Source: Priapulus caudatus
Lineage: Eukaryota
Direction of reading: 5' to 3'
NCBI RefSeq assembly: GCF_000485595.1
Contig: NW_014577061.1
Span: forward strand, 1,202,789-1,266,788
DNA: 64,000 bases
The notes under the pieces are model-generated. The model had not been told where the DNA came from and made no database searches. It saw only the letters and a program-made list of their open reading frames with translations. Shown piece by piece: positions 39,490-51,966 of the stretch. Numbering within the stretch: the first letter of the stretch is position 1; each line of letters opens with the position of its first letter. Made by a program: the position numbers and the translations under genes.

Positions 39490-42400
39490 CTGTGCCTGTG
39501 CGTGCGTGCGTGCGCGTGCGTGCGTGTGCGTGTAGTGGGAGAATTACTTCCTAAGCAGTTGTTACAGCTTTATTTTTCCTGGGATTTTGTGTGGCACTCT
39601 GGTAGTTGTACCAGTAACCAGTAGTTGTTAGTACAGAAGGTGTAAGTGACTGAAGTATTTACATCAAGTAGTTAACTCTAATGCGGAGTAGTGCATCAAG
39701 TAGTTATGTCAGTCAAGTAGTTATGTCAGTCAAGTAGTTATGTCAGTCAAGTAGTTATGTCAGTCAAGTAGTTATGTCAGTCAAGTAGTTATGTCTGTCA
39801 AGTAGTTAACCCTGTAGTGGGGGGGGGGATTACTTCCTAAGCAGTTGTTACAGCTTTATATTTCCTGGGATTTTGTGTGGCACTCTGGTAGTTGTACCAT
39901 GTAACCAGTCTATTTATGCAGTGAGCATAGTTAAAAACATCCTGTGTGAGATGGTTGTTAGTACAGAAGGTGTAGGTATTTGCATTGAGTAATTAACCCT
40001 AATATCCTTTCTCCACCTACATGCATCCACATATACACACGCACGCACACACTCACACACTCACACACGTACAGGTGTACGTACGCACAGTTTCATATGT
40101 TAAGGGTCTGCGCAAAATGAAATGGTGCGTATGTGTAAGAGAAAACACGTGCACCTGGGTAATGTCAGGGTGGGTAGCAGCGGCATGGCACTCTCTATTC
40201 ATAGTATTGATTGTTGGTTGACCCTGTATGTGTGGAACCGCTGGTAATCTCACACGACAGCTGCATTGTTGAGATTCTCATTAGTCGCGAGTCGTATGGT
40301 TCTCTGATTCATTTCCAGGTATTATGGTGGGAAATCATTTCGCATCGGCGTCCTTACATACGAAAAAATTCCCATAAATCAGCAGAAGCTTTTTTGAGAA
40401 ATCGCATTGCCACCCTCTGAATTGACATTGTAAGTGACACATTATATGTTGTTAACTCTAATTTTTAACTCTAACGTTAATTCTTCCATTATTTTTTCTG
40501 TAGACAAGCTTTTACCGGCACACACGTGAAATGGCCACTTTGCAATGAGATTTTACGCGAAGAAGTAGGCTTCCTTTGCAAAAATCCCCGGCAGCCCCAA
40601 TAGTGCAGACCGGACAAGCCATTCATACTCAGGGTTCGTAGCGGGTCTTTCAAAGTCTTATAAGTACTTATTTTGCCAAAAATAAAATAAGGGCCCTTAT
40701 TAATAATTATTTTTGGTGAAATCTTAGAAAAGTACTTAATAGTCCTTATTACATAAAGGACCATTTTTCAACATTTTCTGTGTTGAATTTCGGCGAAATC
40801 TGCTGTGCAATTGTATATATAAATATTATTAGTGTACTTTAATAGTCGGTGATCTATCAGAAATCGCGTAAAAAGTCTTATTTTGGCCTCCAGAAAGGGT
40901 CTTATAAGTCCTTATTTCAACATGTGTCTTGCTACTATGAACCCTGATACTGTCAGATTCAACAAGGATTCTAGTTTCTGAAATTAACAATTACAAAAAG
41001 CTCTAACCCTTTCCATCGAGGAATAAAAAATTCAAGTGCACGGATACGCCGCAGAACAATCACATTCTTGACCTGTCCCAGTGCTTATTGGCTGATTTTC
41101 CACCGTAATACCTTCATGTGTCTAGAAAGTAACTACACTGCCAATGTTGTGATGAATGTTGCACGATGTGATTAGATTGATTAGTGCAAGTGTTTGCTAT
41201 GGTCATATGCCATGGCCGCTGTACTATTGACGGCCACCAATGCTCAGTGAAATCAATTTATTCACGCGAATATAGTCGAATATATATTCGAACATAGCGA
41301 ATTTGTCTCTTGACCACCATTTCGTGGTTTTCAGAAGTTGTGTGTTTGAACTAGGTACCCTAATCAATTAATCATAAACCATCACTGTAGTTCTGTTTCT
41401 GAATTCATTAGCTCAACGCCAATTTGGTTGCGGTGCTTGTGGACGGGACCACTTGACAGCTTGAAAAAGCGTTTAGAATGAATGACCTGCCGAATGGTCG
41501 CTTATTGATTTTTAGCCAACCGTGTCTGTGGCTGCACCTTGCCTTTAGTCTGGCGTCATACAGGTTGTTATCCCAGATTGGCCAGACACTGGTCACAGCT
41601 TGACCACAGGCTGGATACAGCCCGGGCAGTTATTATAACTATTAAGGGGTGGTATTCAGTAAATTCTGTACGCAATGCCTTAGGCTACACCTGGTTGCAT
41701 TTCCTAGTTCGTGGCTGATCACACTAAGATCTTTCTTAGATGTATTGCCTCAGGAAAAGAATACCAATGTCACCAAATCCATACGTGTTTGTGTGTTTCG
41801 AGTTTAGTTTGTGAGCTGTGGGATACAGCTTACGTTTTGCTGTATGTGATGTAACACATGATTCCTGCACATATGCAGACCGTGCCTGAACAAGATAACA
41901 TAATAGGCAGGGGTGAGTAATCACAAGTTTGTCATTATTATTCACCCCTTGATATAGGTGATAGTGGGGCATGCAGGTTGGTTCTAAGATGTACCGTTAT
42001 CAGCCCTTTCATTCGACCTGTGCCCAGAGTAAAGCATGAGGACAGGTGCGGTTTTATGCAAGCACAAAACCAACACTTAACGCAACGCGATGTTTTTCCC
42101 CAGTCCTAGCTTACAAGATTGTTGACATTGGTGCGTCATGGTAGCAGGAAATCTTTTGAAAAGCTGATAGAAAGATGTACAGTACACTGCTGCTAATCCT
42201 GGCCAACTGACGGTAAATGAATGTTTTTGGATGGAAGAACACCCCCACCTCTGCTCTGTGTGGTAAAATGTGGTGCGTGAGAGTATGGCGAAAATGGGGG
42301 TGCAGCTGTTTGGGTTTGTGATCGAATTTGCTTTTTCTCTATCTCCCGCTCCTTCTCCCTCTCTCCTCCCCTCTCTCACCCTCTCTCACGCCCCCTCCCT

Positions 42401-45400
42401 CTCTCTCGGTTGCTTTATTTCTGTCTGTCGTTATCTTCGTTACTATTTCTCCCTTCATTTCCTCTCTCGCCCTCTATTCCTATCCTGCACTCCGGATCTT
42501 TTTCATTTTTTCTCACTCTTATCGTGACCTTCCTCTATATTTCCCCCTTTTTTCTTTACTGTTTCATCTTATAGTAGCACGTTTCCAGGATGCCGGGTAG
42601 TTGGACTTTGATCCATTTTCTTCCGCAAATGTACAGAAAAACTTCTCGCTAAACACAGCTGTCGTCAACCACTAATCGGCTATTCGAGAGCAGAGTGTAG
42701 TAAATACGAGGGAACACACTACTCGGCCGAAAACATGCGCACCGCAGCTATCAGTTACGGAAAATCTCGCGCTCGGGTTTTCCCATGCAGTCTGCCAGCT
42801 AGGCTGAGAGGGTCTATGTCCCCCAGGGTACTGCCGGAACGTACTCTGGGTACGGTCCGGTATACCGGAACGTACCCTGGTACTATCTAATATGCCGGAC
42901 CGTACCTCGCCTACTCCACTAACGAGTCTAGGGAGTCGCCTACGCCTACTCCCTAACCCTAACCCTAACCCTAATCCTAACCCTGACCCTAACCCTAACC
43001 CTAACCCTAACCCTAACCCTAACCCTAACCATATCAAATAGTTACCAGGGTACGTTCTGGTATACCGAACCGTACCCAGGGTACGTTTCGGCAGTAACCT
43101 GGGGGACATAAACCCTATGAGCGCCAACTAGCTCTAGAACTATAGCTCTTCGCTCTGCCTCTGGGCTATAGTGTGGCGGAGTGAGGCCTGTGGCAGAGCG
43201 AAGGGCTATATTTCTAGAGCTATCTGCCAGCGTGCATGTCTGCAATACAGATGCCCTGTCTTACCTAGGTATCTTACATTGTAGGTACATTGTGGTGGAA
43301 GGAATTCCGTTGGACGGGGTGTAACTGTTAAACGAGGTTTATCACGCATTGCGCATAGACGGTTACATGATAAACGAGGATGAAGTCTAGACGGACTCCG
43401 TGAGTCGTTGGGGGGTCGCCGACGACCGTTGATGGCCCCTAGGGACGTTATGAATTAGTGCGGCTGAAGTCGGTGAACCGTGGAAAATCAATCGTGAAGT
43501 CCGCTCACCGCCACCACCTTACTTGCGCTGAGAGGGTCTATGTCCCCCAGGGTACTGCCGGAACGTACCCTGGTACCAGAGCATATAAATCAACGTGATT
43601 TATATGCTCTGCTGGTACTATCTAATATGCCGGACCGTACCTTGCCTACTCCACTAACGAGTCTAGGGAGTCGCCTACGCCTACTCCCTAACCCTAACCC
43701 TAACCCTAACAATATCAGATAGTTACCAGGGTACGTTCCAGTATAGCGGACCGTACCCAGCGTACGTTCCGGCAGTACCCTGGGGGAACATAGACCCTAT
43801 GAGCCTTACTTGCTCGGAAAACGCACCTGTTTTAGGCAAGCACTCGCAGTCGTAGCAGCCGTTCGGGAGCTAGCAAACCTCGTTTTCGTGAGAGCTGCGG
43901 GAAGTAAGCGTGGTATGCGTGCTTGGAAATAATAAACCGTTGCCTAGCCACCCAAGTTCGCTAACTGGCTCTCTCCCGCGCTGGCACACTTGCCTGTCCG
44001 ACTGCGCCTGTAATTCTGCTGTAGCCAGTGAAGGGCATACGAGTGTAGTCTGTGTCATAGGGGATTTTTCCCCTTGACTCCTATGTATTTTAAATGAGGT
44101 TTATGAAGCAGAAATATCGATTTATCTAGAAATACAATCGTGAATTATATGGGTGGTGTATATATGTATATATGTATCTGTGAATATAAATTTGTTTATA
44201 TACAATAAATATGATATTTACATTTTACATGCACGACCCCTTGTAGCGAGCATACGTTCATAGTGGTTTTGGCTATAAATTAAAAAGTTTACAATTAAAG
44301 TGGATTTACATTAATTCCGTATCCGTACAGATACATTCTCCTTGGGGCAACTATCTCATGCTTGTGTAAGGGAATGTCCTCCCTCCCAAGTAAGCCAATT
44401 GATGTCTAGGTGCTTATATTACGTTTTTATTATTATTATTAGCTATTGATGTCTTATGTATGTGGGCGGTAATGTTTAACTTTCCACGCAACGCACGGGC
44501 TTGCCTTACTACGGGTGTTAGATCGATTCTGCCTGACCTCTCATAGCTAGCACACTTAGTACCATTATAGCACGCATTGTACCTAGAAGCGGCAAAATTT
44601 ATTGTTGCCCGAGAGCTAACAACGGTTATTGACTGGAAAATGATTGCTCATGCGTGTACTGCTTTAATATGGATATCTACACGTAAACGTGTACAGCCAT
44701 TGCAATGTGTGGATAGAAAAATGTGGTACTAACAACCATAGCGTATACAGACATTGCAGTGTATGGACGGCGGAGTGAACAGTTTATACCGACAACCATG
44801 AACGTATCTTAGTATATATCTATACATATCTCTTCTATAAGTATAGTTATATTCATGTTATAACAGATACGATTTTTGTGTGAATATACTGAAAAGTAAA
44901 GGCGAATGAGTGAGACCTAAAAGTGACGACTGTACATTGTAAGCTTCCTCTAGAACAGGTGTTCTTAACCTGTGGTCCATGGACCCCGTTGGGGTTCGTG
45001 GATGGACTTCAGGGGGTTTGTGAACCAGGTGCATAAAAATTATTGTTCATGTCTTTATGTGCATTTTTCTGGGGAGGGTCCGTAGCTTTCACTAGATTCC
45101 CAAAGGGGTCCATGACTCAAAAAGGTTAAGAACCACTGCTCTAGAACGTATGTGACCATCTAACGTGTTGAGCACAAACATCTGCAAGCTTTGCTGAGCG
45201 TATTCCATTAGATATCAAATAATTCTCGTAAGTCTACCTCACTGGAAACCCCATCATAGTACTGGTAAAAATGCTAATATAAACTCCTCTAGGTTGCTGT
45301 TAGTGCAGGGGTATGTGTTGTGAACTTGTGGTCAACATGAGATATTTGCTACAAGTTTTCCAGAGGACAGGGTTGCAAATCATAAGAAGAGTGTCGAGTT

Positions 45401-48400
45401 TTTAATTAGCTCATCTGACGTAGTCAGATGCAGCTTGTAGAATCGCATGATCGTGCGTGCGTGCGTGCGTCCGTCAACAGTTGGGCACAAATCTTAACCG
45501 CTCAACGTACGGTCACGATATTCGGGACGTCGGGGGGGGGTGATCGTGAAAAGGACTCAGATACAATTTGGGGGTCCAAGGGTAAAAGGTCAAGATGTGT
45601 AAATGGAGGGGGACTGGTTTCCCTAACTTAAGGTATAGGAGGAAATTACGGAAATTTGCGCACAAATCTAACACTCGGACTACTGCTCTTACTATTCGGT
45701 GTATAGTGGTGGATGGGCAGGCAACGCGCGCATCATGCAGTGAGCGAGATCTTGGAGTCACAGGTCAAAGGGCAAGTGGGGGAAGGTAGATGTTCGAAAT
45801 TTTTCTGATGACATGGTCTAATGCACAGAGTAAAAGAAATATTTAATTTCAGCGCTGACTACTATTTTTATCACTTTATTCCATGAAATGTGCTTGTCCA
45901 CTGACCGGTGCAGAAGAGATAAGTGTTCTGATAACTTTTGACGCCTCAAGAGGAGGGTTGAAACATGGGATTCCTGAACTGCTCAATGATGTCAGCAGTG
46001 TTGTCATATTCATGCACTCATGAAGCCTGATGCCGAATGCGTACAGCACTAAGCGTCACGGCTGAACAGGCTCGTTGGAATCGGAATCCCATCTGATTTT
46101 TGTATTATTTTACTGTTTCTGTATTTTTCTATCTTTATCTTATTTACTCTAAATTTTTCTCAATTAACGCAAATTATACATGATTTACTTTAGAACAATT
46201 TTATACAACAAAATAGTTTTTAGCAACAATTAATTATTTTAACTTTGAGCTTTATGCTGACGTAGTCAGATGCAGCTTGTAGAAATCGCATGATCGTCCG
46301 TCTCCGTGCCGTCCGTGTGCGTCAACAGATTGGGCACAAATCTGAACGCGATCAGACGTACGGTCACAGATGTTTCGGGACGTGGGGGGGGGGGATAATC
46401 CGAAACGCGAGTTGGGATGTCAAAGCTGGGGGGTCAACAGGTCAAAGGTCAAGAGTGTAAAAGAAGGGGGATACATTCCGTCTAAGTTAATAGGCATAAT
46501 ATTTCGCATCGATTATGCAAGTTGACGAATGCTACAGTAACTGGCACGTTGTGTAGTTAATAAGTACATAGTTATAGCCAATACGCGTATTAGTATTGTC
46601 CACTAATCCTACTGCTAAATAAGACATAGTCTAATTGAATCGCGTAAATTTTGTTAATAGCTGGCGCCAACGCTAAATTTTATTGCCAAACAAAATGAGG
46701 ACAAGGAAAAATTTTTTCCGTTCGGATGACGTCACATGTTGCTAAGGATGTTTGAAGATCGAATTGTTTTGTCCGGGTACATTGTTTGCCTAGTGCTTAA
46801 TTATTTGCCTAGTTTCCACAATATTATATGTTGTGTGAATCTCAAGAAATTCCGTATATTCTTTTATTCCGTAATCCAAGAGTAAAGACACCATAACGTA
46901 CGGCGCATGCGGGCACTCAGCTACCAAGGATCGTAAATCACTGACGGCCAGATACGGTGCGACAATGTCCGGTGCACTATAACCGTATGACACCAAGCTC
47001 GCGCGGGTTCGGCCGTATATAGCCGGTAGCGGGGTTGAAACTGTCAACCACGATTTATTTGATCCTTCTAGGAATTTCAATTGGATATTCTTTAGTACCA
47101 GCCAGGTGATATGTGACAAACTAATACGGCGGTTTGGCTATACGGTATATGTACATTATTAGACTACACAAGGTGCCAGTTACTGTACGCATTCGTAAAT
47201 TGCTAACTCAATGGTCCATCTTATGCGCCTTTAAGGTATAGGGAGGCCCCACTGAGATTGCCGGCACAATCTAGAACGCCTCGCACTAAGCGAAATAAGG
47301 TGAACATAACGATAACGGATCGACTAAATAAGATCACAAATAAGGTCAGAAAAAGAAAATCAATCGGTGGGCCAGAATTGGAAGGTCAACACAGGTAACA
47401 AACAGAGTAACTAGGCCTCACAGGCACGATTTTAAAATTTTCTCAGCGAATGGATCCCTGACCGGGATTTTGAAAGCGAACCTTGAAAAACTATTTTTTG
47501 TTTCAGCGGGTGACCTAGCATTATTATGACCCCACCATTCGGCGGCTTTTATTGAAAGAAAAGGACCAATGAATACTTTCTGCTGAATGCGAAGAGTATG
47601 TGTCGGATAACCTTTTGACGCCTCAAGATTAGCGCGTTCATGGATATTGTTTACTGTTCAGAATTGAATTTGACTGGCCGGGTTGCTATAGAATCATCGC
47701 GATCGCCTGATGTATCGTAGGCTAAATGTTCATCATGTGAATTTCAAAAGCTAATTGGTTGAACGAAGGTTTATCTCTTAAACACATCAGAGATCATCAC
47801 AATCCTCTCATGGCATTCTGTATGTCCCCAGCTAAAGCTGTTACATCGTAACGTATGAACACTGCCAGTGCGGACACCTGCCCAAGTGGACCGTGGTGGT
47901 GGGTACTACGTGTAGTTTTGCCTGCAGTTAATTAGTACAGGTGGCAGCTCTCTATTTCAATCTTAGGCTTGCGTAGGTAACTGGATAGATGCTACCTATT
48001 CTGTCTGGCAAAGGTTGTTGCTAGCAACTCACCCCGCCGGGCCAGCCCGGGCGCCTCGCGATGGACTTCCATCTTAATCTGAAGAACTTAAACATACAGC
48101 GCCATCTCGTGCAAACTTTCCATAACGTCCCAACGAACATTCGTTTGAGAAGGTTCCTGATCCATCCTCGCTAGCCTTCCACTGTTTCGGCGTTATGTGA
48201 ATCACAATTTGGACTAGACAGGGTTTACTGAGAATCACACTCTAACCACAGAGTCACCCGCAGTAGACGTAGATGAGACGCTGTCGCTCTCGGCCGGCAC
48301 TTGTTTTTAATAGCTCTAGGGTTAGGGTTCACAATGCCACGCATAAAACAGGGTTTCAAGGCACCGGATTTGTATCAACAATGGGATCTTGGGATGTATG

Positions 48401-51400
48401 CAGCAATGCACGAAGTTCTGAAATGATGTGTACGCAACTGCGTATCTGCATATCTGCGCCGAACAAAGGTGTCACTACGCACGACTTAAATGTTACGTTT
48501 ATAACCGTAGCAACCGACCTCAGATGAGCCCAGACGCTCTGCGGCTCTTATTTATATTTCAGAATCAAGTGATTAAGTGATTATTCTTGTTATCGTATGA
48601 AACCATCAAGCAATGCTATTAGGGTTTTTTTGTGGGCTGTCTGCAACATTAATGATCCGAATCGCAGTCATGATGAATGCCTCTGTAACTGTTGCTGGTC
48701 TGCAATTTGTAAAGACTGCAGGCTGTAATGCAGTTACATATCCGTGTGATGCCATTCTTTACTTGAAAAATCACCAGTTTAATTCAATTGTACAACATCG
48801 AGTCACTAAAGTGCTATTGATTACCCAATTAATCACAAATACATGGCTTTTAAGTAGTGAAGGCCGGTTTGTTTAATTACGATTTCACGAGATGTTTGCC
48901 AGTATGTACTTAGGTGATGCCTCCTAAACGGAACCACTTCTCTCTTTTGCAGAACTGTGAGATTTTGGGATCTGGAGACATTCAAGCTGGTTAGTTCTAC
49001 AGATAGTGACTCTGCACCTGTCAGGTAAGCCTGGTGGCCTCACTGTCAACCCCCTAGCCAGCCTATACGATGGTCTAGTAAGGGGACTTCCGACTAGTAG
49101 CGTGTGCTGTGTCTGTGCACAGGGAAGATGGGGGGAGGATGTGTGTGTGTGCGTGCGTGCGTGCGTGCGTTTAGGCAACGTGAAGAGTTTTTGCACCTAA
49201 AATTACTGTTAGCTTCAACCTCTGGTCTCCGACAACATTTTTGCAACCATGCAATGGGGCAGCTACGGAGTTTTGTAGACTGAGATAATCAAAGTTGTCC
49301 GAGATTGGAGATCGAGGGGTAACATTGGTGTTTTGATAAGCTACAGGGACACAGCATCAGTCCATGTGTTACGGAGTGCCTACAGTGCCTTTGCATCACA
49401 CGTCCAGTGTTGCGTGGCACCAGCCTGTCTCGCACACCGGGATGCACTTATCAAATGCTGCTCCCGCGCATTCGGTGGCCGGCCAACACTTTAAGTAGAG
49501 ACTGTTAATGAAAGTAGTCGACTGCTCGTTAAATAATGCAGGCGATCTCTCGACATCTAGTGCGCTATTGCGTAGTTAACGGCGTACCAGGCGGGGTAGT
49601 TAGAGCAAGTCACAAGTCTCTTCCAGAGCAACGCGTGTTCGACAGTGATACATTCCGGTGGGCAGCAGTGTAGAGCCAATATACGTGCGTGCGCTGCTCA
49701 CGCGATTAACCTATTAGCACGCGCGCGACTAGAAAGGAGATCATCTGAAAACCTTGCTATTATATTAATAGCTTAATTACTGATATTGTTTGCGCGATTA
49801 TTCCGCCCTCGTGAAGATAACTTTATAACTAAGACAGCATGTTGTGTTCCAAGGTATAGAGCTCAAGCATGCACATTGGTGGGAAGAATGTCATATTTTT
49901 AAAAGACAGTACTCGCAGTCGGGTATGTGCTTCAAATAGCAATGCTGATGGTATTTTTAATATTTGATGTTCAGCGGCTGTGCGAAATTTTGCTCGGTCG
50001 TCCGTAAACCAGTCAATTTTGCAAAGCAGGGAATTTTTCTTCCGAGTCGTATAGGTTTGACGCAGGTAGCTTAATTCTTTTATTGGTGTGTAATCAATAA
50101 GCAAGCTGGGTATTGTGCAGCCGTGGTGGTTTAGTATCGTGTTACACTGTACCTGGCACAATATTGCATTGCCGTATTAATGATGCATGCATTCCTCCAT
50201 GCTCGCGCTTGGATCTATACCCTTGAGGAGCGTTTTTCTTTAAAAAAAATTGTCGAAGATCTTAAATGAGTAGAGCATGCGGATGTGATGTTGGCTAGAC
50301 ATAATGATAGTTTAGTGCTTGCTTATCTTGTTGATGTGTTCTGTCCAAGAAGTTATATAATGGTAAATTTAAAGCAGCGTAATATATTGTAGTGGATGAG
50401 CTATGATCACCTGATCAGATCACTTTTCTTAAATTATATAGGGCAATTAGAAACCAGTTTGTAAGCCATATAATAATAGGCTTCAAGGTTTTAGATCAAT
50501 GTTAAGTTTTTTCATATTTGAACTAGAATACTTGCATCATATATACGTGTGAATGTTTTGACTTTGAGTTTTTATCGTGCAATGTATTAAGCAAAGTTGT
50601 CGCGCTGTTGATAGCAATTTGTAGTATTAGGCCTACCCCGAATCAGGAAATGACATTTTGGTTGCCATTTGCTGATACAGCACCTGCAAAGAAGTGCTTG
50701 CAATCCATTGTTGTTATAACGGATCTCACACACATGCGCTCCTGCACACACGCACACAGACACATGCACTCGCACACATGCACACACACAGTGTCAACAG
50801 CCAAGTGGTATCACTGTAAATACTGGCTGCATGATATAGAAGAGATTCAGGGAATGTCACTGAGTGAAATCACGCATCAATTTAGACTCTGGAAGTAGCT
50901 GTGGCTGAGCCTTGGTTGCTTCCCCGAGACGTCGATTCTCGTTGTGTTAGCAGAGTCAGTCTACACATTATTCAGCGAGTCTGCCTTTGACACTGAATCG
51001 CCTCACACGCGTATATGTTTGTGTTTCTAGGACGATCTTCTTCCACCAGGAGGGAAAGTGCCTGTTTGTCGGCTCGCAGGATCTGCTGAAGGTGCACGGC
51101 TGGGAGCCTGCGCGGTGCTACGACTCGCTGGCGATGGGATGGGGCAAGGTTGCTGACGCTGCCATCGCTCAGAACCAGCTGGTGAGCACCGAGTCATTGC
51201 CTCGTGCGTTAGCGTGCCCCCCCTGGTGCGGTTGTAAGTTTAGGTTAGATTTAATCTTGTTGGTCGTAGCAGTGTCGAACTCTCGAGACCATGCGCTGTG
51301 ATTTCACAAGCGTTTTAACTCTTTAGACACGTTAATTACATGTAATCGCATATATACTATGTCTACAGTGAATAGCAAAATGTTACTGAGCACCCACCAA

Positions 51401-51872
51401 CCCATCTTTGTACCCATGTGGCAGCTTATGTACCAACTCATCTCTGTATCTATGTGCCTGCCTGCCTGCCTCCCTACCAACCATTGCTTGTTAAAATTGC
51501 TGCTAGCAGGGGGTAGATGTTGCACATGATGTAAATTCTTTATAGAAAAATGCCTCACAATAGGAAGCTGTATATATACATCTGCTATTGACGTTCGTCC
51601 AGTCATATATATATATATATTGTCGACACTGGCTCTACAACTGTGTATTCTTTGTTGTGTAGGTGTAGCGATTTTTTTCTGAAATGATTGTTCTTCCATC
51701 ATAATGAGTATTGTTTCAGATGTTTTGTTAGGTGTCACCCAACTTTATATTAGTCGGGAAAATATAAAAATAACTTGTAATGAAATTGTGCTAACGTCAT
51801 TCATCTCTTTCTATTATATTGTATTTTAATTTACTACCGTGAATTACCAGGAATTGCCATAATAAATAATGA

Positions 51873-51907
<35 letters not shown>

Positions 51908-51930
51908 ATAATATATATATATATATATAG

Positions 51931-51966
<36 letters not shown>

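Noticed and set aside
40002..40010. ATATCCTTT U12-type donor motif
   Set aside because: There is no adjoining exon, and the KATNB1 frame joins 39373 to 48953 without it.
42951..43030. Telomere or chromosome fusion site
   Set aside because: It is a short tract embedded between the TIRs of a TSD-flanked element.
46500..48270. Novel-looking non-repetitive sequence and a 109-aa ORF inside the HINE region
   Set aside because: It is flanked by indel-riddled copies of a known local repeat and is most likely low-quality read sequence.
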